Part shown: positions 56,209-64,000 of the stretch, one piece after another
How positions within the stretch are numbered: position 1 is the stretch's first letter
How the letters are laid out: each line of letters opens with the position of its first letter
Assembly (NCBI GenBank): GCA_951406725.2
Contig: OX597817.1
Location: forward strand, 80,600,001-80,664,000
Direction: 5' to 3'
Origin: Octopus vulgaris
Taxonomy: Eukaryota
DNA length: 64,000 bases
Translations under genes and position numbers: made by a program
Notes under the pieces: generated by a model
Database searches by the model: none
Told to the model about the DNA's origin: nothing
What the model saw: the letters and a program-made list of their open reading frames with translations, nothing else

Positions 56209-56632
56209 GAGATTTCGCCAGACCGCATGGAGGTTGACCATATATTATTTATAGAAGTGTGAAGGGCATCGTTGAACCAATAATAAAGTCCTGAATGACG
56301 AGACGGAGAGCTAGTTTCAATTGGTTGTGTGTTTAAGTTCAACCTATGATAACGTGACAGCGGAATCGATCTCAATTCCATGGTACACTAAGCCAATATC
56401 TTCTACAACGGTCTTAACTCAAAGCGATTAGTGTAAGTAAAAGTGGGTATGTCTAACGCTGCCTGGTTATTGGATGCAGGCATGGTTGTGTGGTTAAGAA
56501 ACTCGTTTAGAAACCAAGTAGAAACGCAGTTCCACTACGTGACATCTTGGGTAATTGTCGTCTGCTATACTCCGGAACTGATCAATGTCTTCTGAGTGAA
56601 TTTGGTAGATGAAAAGGGTTAGCAAACCCGTC

Positions 56633-56674
<42 letters not shown>

Positions 56675-56737
56675 CTAGCGTTCTGTCGATTACGACGATT
56701 ACGGAACAGCCTGCTCGAGAAATTAACGGGCAAGTGG

Positions 56738-56832
<95 letters not shown>

Positions 56833-56853
56833 TATACATATACATATATATAC

Positions 56854-56971
<118 letters not shown>

Positions 56972-57480
56972 GTCACTAATGTGGCTGAGGGCGCTATTCA
57001 GCACCAGTATTGCTAGAAATAATAGTCAAAACAACTCATCGCTACTATAACGCACCGTCTTATTTACTGACAAGGGAGGCAAGCTCCCTAAGCACCAGGC
57101 ATAGCCAGACCACCAGTGATTTCGCGTTTACATTAACGCCCGTCAGTGGCCCTCACCGGCGCCTAGGGTTAAACTCAACTAGCCTCGTCAGCTTATAAGA
57201 TCACCGTAGAAATCATACGCTGATTTCATAAATGGTAAAGATGTAAATTATAAATAATAAGTGTAGTTTATAGCAATTTTTCAGCCGAAAGGCAAAAGTA
57301 TGTATACATCACTAAAGCGACTGTGGGCTTGTCAGTAAATAAGACGCTGCATTATTGTGGCTCTAAGTTGTTTTGACTCGTATTTCTAGCAATACTGGTG
57401 CTGAATATGACCCTCAGTTGCTTCAGTGACATATATTTTTGCCTTTCGGTTGAAAAACTGCTAACAAACCACTCTTATTA
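56972..57480 (-). mobile_element. Retrozyme/pLTR-like element: ~336-bp unit, start of a second unit and an inverted copy
   Basis: 56972-57074 is inverted relative to 57328-57430, and 57256-57305 relative to 57431-57480. The unit start GTCACTAA..GGGC recurs at about 57308. Abuts a long (TA)n. Confidence 0.7.
57104..57150 (-). ncRNA. Type-I hammerhead ribozyme with A9G substitution
   Basis: Minus strand: GCCA-CTGACGG-GCGTT(AATGTA)AACGC-GAAA-TCAC-TG-GTG-GTC-TGGC. All three stems pair; GUC triplet. Confidence 0.7.
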
Positions 57481-57494
57481 TACATACACACACA

Positions 57495-57554
<60 letters not shown>

Positions 57555-57651
57555 GATATGATGCATATTCTGTTGTGTCTGGGGAGAGGGACTAAAAGAG
57601 AATGATTCTTCCCCAGACACAACAGTATATATATATATGAGTGCTTGTATA

Positions 57652-57707
<56 letters not shown>

Positions 57708-58137
57708 CAAGAGAAGAGAGATACATACATACATATATATAATGTACGAGCGCACTTGTATACGTATGTGTTTTTTGTGTTTGTTTTTGTCACCCTACCA
57801 CCTGGCAACCACTGTTTGTTTGTTTACATCCCCATAACTTAGCATTAGCGGTTCAGCTTGATAGAGGATAGAAGAATTGCCAGATTATCAAAATAATCAA
57901 AGCACGTACTGAGTTCCATTTGTTTCGACCAAAACCATTCAAGGCGGCGCCTCAGTATGGCTATAAACCAATGACCGAAACAAGTAAAAGATGAAAGATT
58001 GTGTAAATTCCGTACCTGGCTTAACAGCAGAAGTTAAATTTCGGGCACCTTTAGCAAGCCCCAACACCCAATTATATGAATATAGCGCTGATGCAAAAAC
58101 TGTATGTGAATCTGGAGAGTGTAATAGGTAACTAGGC

Positions 58138-58315
58138 TCAGGCGTGGCTGTGTGGTAAGTAGCTTGCTTACCAACCACATGGTTCCGAGTGCATTCCCAC
58201 TGCGTGGCACCTTGGGCAGGTGCCTTCTACTATAGCCTCGGGCCAACCAAAGCCTTGTGAATGGATTTGGTAGACGGAAACTGAAAGAAGCCCGTCGTAT
58301 ATATATATATATATA

Positions 58316-58374
<59 letters not shown>

Positions 58375-58543
58375 ATTTTTGTGTCTGTGTTTGTCTCCCC
58401 AGCATCGCTTGACAACAAATGGCAAAAAGGACCGATAAAATAAGTACTAGGCTTCCAAAGAATAAGCCCTGGGGTCGATTTGCTCAACTAAAAGGCAGTG
58501 CTCCAGCATGGTCGGAGTCAAATAACTGAAACGAGTAAAAGAG
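58138..58543 (+). mobile_element. SINE family B, best full-length copy, with internal (TA)n(TG)n
   Basis: GGCGTGGCTGTGTGGTAAG head, CACCTTGGGCAGGTG CORE-like block, GAAGCCCGTCG-(TA)n(TG)n, tail GTGCTCCAGCATGG..GTAAAAGAG. Confidence 0.88.
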
Positions 58544-58693
58544 TAATGAGTAAGAGTAATTGATTACTCTGTGTATTTGAATCAGGACGACAGAAACATT
58601 TCGTAAGTGGTGTCTGAATTATCACCAGAGTTACGATACACTCTGGTGGGGTCCGCATTATATTAGGCTACAAGTGTGTTAGAAATGTTAGAT

Positions 58694-58911
58694 CAGTGCT
58701 TTTCAAACTTTTTGCTGGAGCGGAACCCCAAGAAAACATTCCACTGGCTCGAGGAACCCCTGTGCAATAATTTAATAGTCTTATGCACACATATCTGCAC
58801 AGGAGAATTAAAAATTACTGCCGATTTTAGCAGTTTTGTAACTTCTTGCGGAACCCCTGCATTGTACTGCGGAACCCTAAGGTTCCGAAGAACCCTGGTT
58901 GAAAACCACTG
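58694..58911. mobile_element. hAT-superfamily MITE (218 bp)
   Basis: TIRs CAGTGCTTTTCAA / TTGAAAACCACTG; perfect 8-bp TSD TGTTAGAT at 58686-58693 and 58912-58919. Confidence 0.92.
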
Positions 58912-58994
58912 TGTTAGATAGTGAAAAGAACGGTGCTTGTGAAAAGTCTAGATCCTTAGACTCCAGTGGGGAGGGTAATATTTCTTTATTCTTT

Positions 58995-59255
58995 TATTTC
59001 TTTTACTTGTTTCAATCATGAGACAGCTTCTATGCTGGGACACCACCTTGAAGGGTCTTAGCTGAACAAATCCTCACTAGTATCTATTTTTTAAGCCTAG
59101 TATTCATTATATTCGTCTATCCCAGTCTATCATTGCTCTCTCTCTACGGTGACGTAAACACACATAAGAAGACACGTACCAATGATGCCACACAGTTGGG
59201 CTGAACCTGGAAACATGTGGTTGGGAAGTAAGCTTCTAACCACGCAGCCATGCTT
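58995..59255 (-). mobile_element. SINE family B, internally deleted
   Basis: Head (reverse of GCATGGCTGCGTGGTTAGAAGCTT..CCCAACCACATG) joined to tail TGAAACAAGTAAAAGA. Confidence 0.7.
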
Positions 59256-59798
59256 CTCTATACCTGGCTTTTATTACCTAAAAAACAATTCGATATTTTA
59301 AAGGAACTTGAATAAATTGCAATGATATTCATGCCTTTTCCAAGAGAATTTCATGATGTAAGATAAGTGAAATGACTAATCACGAAAGGAAACTCTGTAA
59401 CGATTTTGTCTTATTCGTTGGAGCTTTATGTTTTGCTTTACAGCTACAGATATACAATACACTGATGTATAATGTTTGTATATCATCATTAGCTTCGAAA
59501 TATTTTAGAAGCTGCTTTCGTCAGACATTTAAACGGGAACAACGCGTCAAAAGGTGGGCGGAGATTTGAAATAAGATATTGGTACAGCCTAAAGAATGTG
59601 AATTCATAAGTAATGAATGTACATTTACTAGCATTTTATCCGTAACTGTGATACGGTTTAAGAATACAGATATGCTGTGAGGAAACCGTGTTGTCTTTAG
59701 ATTATAAAGATTTCTTAATTTGGCACAATGCTAAAAATTTATACGGTAGTGACTGAATTGATGTTGCTAAGTAAACATTATTGATGTGTTATTTATTA

Positions 59799-60144
59799 GT
59801 ACGCCGGGCGAAATGCTTAGAGATATTTCGTCTGTCGTTACGTTCTGAGTTCAAATTCCGCCAAGGTCGACTTTGCCTTTCATCCTTTCGGGGTCGATAA
59901 ATTAAGTACCAGTTACGCACTGGGGTCGATATAATCGACTTAATCCGTTTGTCTGTCCTTGTTGGTCATCTCTGTGGTAGTAAAGAAATAGGTATTTCGC
60001 CCGTCGCTACGTTCTAAGTTCAAATTCCGCCGAGGTCAACTTTGCCTTTCATCCTTTCGATAGATTAAGTACCAGTGAAACACTGGGATCAATGTAGTCG
60101 ACTAGTTCCCTCCTCGCAAATTTCAGGCCTTATATCTTTAGTAG

Positions 60145-60175
<31 letters not shown>

Positions 60176-60192
60176 TATTATTATTATTATTA

Positions 60193-60223
<31 letters not shown>

Positions 60224-60556
60224 CATCATCTTCATCACTAAGGTGGCGAGCTGGGAGAATTGTTAGCACGCCAGGCAAAATGCTAAGCGGTACTTCACCC
60301 GTCGCTACGTTCCGGGCCCAAATTCTGCCGAGGTCGACTTTGCTTTTCATCCTTTTGTAGTCGTTAAATTAAGTACCAGTGAAGTACTGAGGTCGATATA
60401 TAATTATTATCATTATTATTGAAAAATTCTGCTGAGGTCGACATTGCCCTTCATCCTTTTGGGGATCGATAAATTAAGTACCAGTGAAATAGTGAGTCGA
60501 TGTAGTCGACTATCCCCGTCCACCAAATTCCAGGCTTTGTGCCTTTAGTAGAAAAA
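59799..60556 (+). mobile_element. SINE family A cluster with duplicated internal module
   Basis: GTTCAAATTCCGCC.AGGTC.ACTTTGCCTTTCATCCTTTCG core at about 59850, 60020, 60320 and 60425. Confidence 0.85.
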
Positions 60557-61519
60557 ATTATTATTACTAGCGGCGCCCGTGAATATTTCACGCAATTATT
60601 GGTAATCTCAATGGATTATTTCTGAAAACTTTATCCAAAAAACCTGAAAGCGTAACCTGTGTTGTGTCTGTATGGAAAGATAGTCGCTCATCTGCTACTC
60701 ACTGAAAAGTGAAAGAAATTGGAATACGATGATTACTTAATGCACTTTATATATACACTTTATTTAGTTTATGCACAATTGTTTAGACTTAATACAGAGC
60801 ACTCATAAAATAAATATTTCACTTATATTTTTCCATTGTTCTCATATACAAACAAAAAATATATCCCGTACATATGATACAACCTTTAGTTAAATTGCTT
60901 ATGTATGCCACGGGAATAAGCATGAATATTTCACGGAATTGCACTTATTGCACATGCGTTAAGAAATAGGTAATATAAAAAATTCAGTTCAATTTTTAAA
61001 TACACTTTTCACTATCCAATTACCACCGCCACCTCCACCACCACCACCTCCACCACTACCACATTCATCATCTCTCTCCCCACTTCTCTCTCTTCCTCTC
61101 TCACTCACTCCTCTCTTTTTCTGCCTTTCTTTAAATTTACCATCAGAACATCACCCCCCTGCTAAAATTATATTTTAAAATCTCAGCCTCTACCTTCAAC
61201 TAACTTTTTAAACCACGTAATAAATATTACGCTACTCCTACGTCACGTTATGGACAGCTCCTCTCTCCCACTTTTCTTTCTCCCTCTTTCTGCCTCACTC
61301 TTCGCCTCATCCTCTTTTTCTTTGTCCTTTTTCTTTGTTATCTCTTTCCCTTCAACTAATCGCGTGAAAGCGCTACAATTACATTCCCTCTACCTCATGT
61401 CATGGACGCTTCTCTCTCCCTCTTTTTCTCTAATCACATGAAAGTGTTACTAACGGGTTAAGTAACGCAATGACAAGTAAATTTATTATAAGATTTTTGA
61501 AAGCGGAAAAGAGTAGTGG

Positions 61520-61870
61520 ATTGGCAGAATTATTAGAGCATCGGGAACATGCTTTGTGATACTTAGTTATGAGACCTTTCGTTCTGAGTTTAAATCCCTA
61601 CAAGGTCAGCTTTGCCTTCCATTTCTCCAGAGTCGATAAAATAAAGTACTAGAGATATACTGGGGTCGATAGCATCGGTTAAACCCTTCCGCCAAATTGA
61701 TAGCCTTGCACCTAAATTAGAAGTAATTACTAGGCAGCGGACTAACAATGACCTGGCAGTATGTTGGATAAACTGTTTTACGGTATTTCTTCCGAAATTT
61801 TACGTTCTGAGTACAAGTACCACTGAGATCAAATTTGCCTTTCACCCCTTTGATGTCAATAAAATAAAGT
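61520..61870 (+). mobile_element. Two decayed SINE family A copies
   Basis: TTGGCAGAAT..GTTCTGAGTT..TTTGCCTTCCAT..GTCGATAAAATAAAGTAC pattern twice. Confidence 0.65.
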
Positions 61871-62269
61871 AATAGGTTAGATAGTCCGCCAATAAGCTCT
61901 ACAGAATTTATTAACGTCGCTTTAATTTCTTTGCCTTTCATTTGATCGGAGATCGGAGACGCTAAACTGATTACCACGTAAATAAGGGAAAATATTTGAA
62001 TCAACTACGCCCCTATTTCTAAATATTGAACGATGTACCTAAGTTAAATTGATTATATCATTCAGTCGGAAAAGCATGCCTAACAGGATTAATTTACTGT
62101 CCTAGTTAGAATTTCGTCAGGTCCGGATCTGTATTTTTGTATTTTCTCTGGTTGATGATATGAGTAGCTAATTTCTCGACAGTGTTAAGATAGAGTAGAA
62201 AGTTGATTCTGGCGACCCTTTAGCTTTGAACGTAAATTAATGAAGCCAAATCAAACATTTAAACACATC

Positions 62270-62600
62270 ACCTCTCCTTAGGCTCTGTCGACGATCTCAT
62301 TTCTCTCATCCTTATTTTGGGATTTCCTTTCCAATTTCCCTCACTTCTGTTCATATATTTTCATTCGATTCTCCATATACCGACGCCTTCTTCCGTTTGC
62401 TTTACAGGTTTCATCAGTTTAACTGCCCGTCGACGTTGTGTTGCGATTTTCTAATTGTATACCCAACATAATGCCTCTTTTTGCTTCATTTCCTTGTCTA
62501 GGAGGGTTTGCTGATTTGCTCTCACAAGGCAATGTTGCTGAGTTTGTCGATCAATGGATTCTGTTGAGTCAAGATGTGGAGATGTATGACAGCCGCTCTA
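62270..62600 (-). pseudogene. Decayed RTE-clade LINE 3' end
   Basis: Minus-strand remnants RIH*SDKLSN (frameshifted), VGYTIRK..TTS and KRKK..R..W resemble the RTE C-terminus W.DKISN..WIGHTLRK..GKRKRGR..W. Confidence 0.45.
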
Positions 62601-63324
62601 ACAATAATCCAGATTTTCATTAACCAATGTCTCGAGATGAAAGTAGGAAGCCATCAAACTAAAACTAATTAGCAATTGCAAAATTAAGCAAAAATGAGCT
62701 AAGAGAAAAACTAGGTTAATGGCCATTTGTATGTGAACGAATAATATAGACAAATGCAAATCTATCAAATAGCCTACAATATAAATTTTGGATTTATTAA
62801 AATCAGTCTTGGCCTCTGGAAGATGTGTCATAATTACCGACTGACAATTAAGACCAGCTTCATTTGAAAAGGGAAATAATTCTGACTTTAGTGAGTCTAC
62901 CTCCTAAGGATGATGGATTAAAACAGCATCAATGCAGTTTGAACTCCAAATCTACAAATTTACAGTATTTGTTTAGTTACTTTAACAGTTTTAAGTAACA
63001 TGTACATAATCAAATATTAGTTTTCTTTCTTTCTTTCAGCCCAATTTGCACTTCTTTTCATCTCACAATAAATATCAGTGAAAACTATGAATACTTGTAG
63101 ACTCAGGATAATCTACTATATAATGTTACACATGGCTTTCCTTATACATGTTTAATTATTAATTTCGGAGTAATGGAAATTAAATGGGTCAGTAGCCAAA
63201 AAGAGACAATATTGATTCGTCAGGAAAAGCAGTTTTCATTTCAATGTTTATAAAACTATTTCTTGACAGGAAGAAATTAATTATCACTTTCTTATCGAAG
63301 GATTTCATTACAAGTGATTGATTA

Positions 63325-63819
63325 CCGTATTTTGTGGCTTGGTAGATGCTGCAATTGTGGAAGATGCATCTTGATTTTGGAAATGTAATTCTTGAAGTAA
63401 AGTTTGTTATAGTCACTGAAGCCTCGTCAAAACGATCAAGTAGAGCCTAGCTCTCAGTCACTAAATGCCTGTTAACAATCAAAATTTATGGGTAAGTCTG
63501 AGGAGCGGTCATACCTGTCTATAAGCGAAATCACTAAACAATGATCATTTACCTGATGGTTTGATACTCTTCTCTTTAACTGTTGATTCTCAGCTAGTAT
63601 TGTGGAAGAGTCTTGGTAACTTTCATGGTATCATATTTGATGGCATATAAACCGAACTTTTTTTTACTCCAAAAGATCTAAAAAAGTTCTATCTCCAATG
63701 TGCGAAGTCAGGCCAATATTACGTGCTTTAATATATTAAGAAATTTTTTCCTAAATATGCGCTGCTGAAAGTGGGGTGCGTCTAATACGCTTGCGTGGCT
63801 TTTATGCCACTAAATATGG
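63325..63819. mobile_element. Possible pogo/Tigger-like MITE
   Basis: TA-CCGTATTTTGTGGC ... GCCACTAAATATGG-TA imperfect TIRs; subterminal GGGGTGCGTCTAATACGC. Confidence 0.45.
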
Positions 63820-64000
63820 TACTTTTGCCAAAAAGAAAGTGTATCTTCCAGGATGAAGTTCACGGTAACTGTATTTTTGTGCAAAATAATCTCTCTCTTC
63901 TTCTCTTTCCTTCTCTCCTTTTACCTGTCATAACCTTAATGTAATGCTTCAAGTTTGTGGGGACTATGAAGGTGAGAATCTCTACTTGTGACCACATATG

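Noticed and set aside
60565-61461. piggyBac-like element ending CTAACGGG|TTAA
   Set aside because: Only one convincing end; no matching left TIR or TTAA.

Overview
AT-rich, microsatellite-saturated eukaryotic DNA with no recognisable host protein-coding exon. Nearly all ORFs in the supplied track are translations of (TA)n, (CA)n, (TAGA)n, (ATT)n or (GGT)n repeats. The repeat content is typical of a coleoid cephalopod (Octopus-like) intron or intergenic region; this is an inference. It includes three tRNA-headed SINE families, decayed RTE and R4/Dong-type LINEs, a full-length decayed DD34D mariner, a Tc1 fragment, a hAT MITE with an 8-bp TSD, a non-autonomous Helitron and a decayed Penelope-like GIY-YIG fragment. 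The main signal is a set of about ten small (roughly 200-960 bp), mutually dissimilar non-coding elements, nearly all within or beside (TA)n tracts. Each carries a minimal type-I hammerhead ribozyme (HHR) or HHR-like motif, usually with a palindromic stem III, and most have an inverted copy on the 5' side of the HHR strand. This is the architecture of Penelope-like pLTRs and retrozymes. Across families the core 3-8 pair covaries: C3-G8 (41.1 and 49.7 kb), U3-A8 (15.7 and 16.2 kb, in a near-identical 362-bp tandem-plus-inverted array) and G3-C8 (36.0 kb). All motif calls were made by eye; no folding or database search was run.
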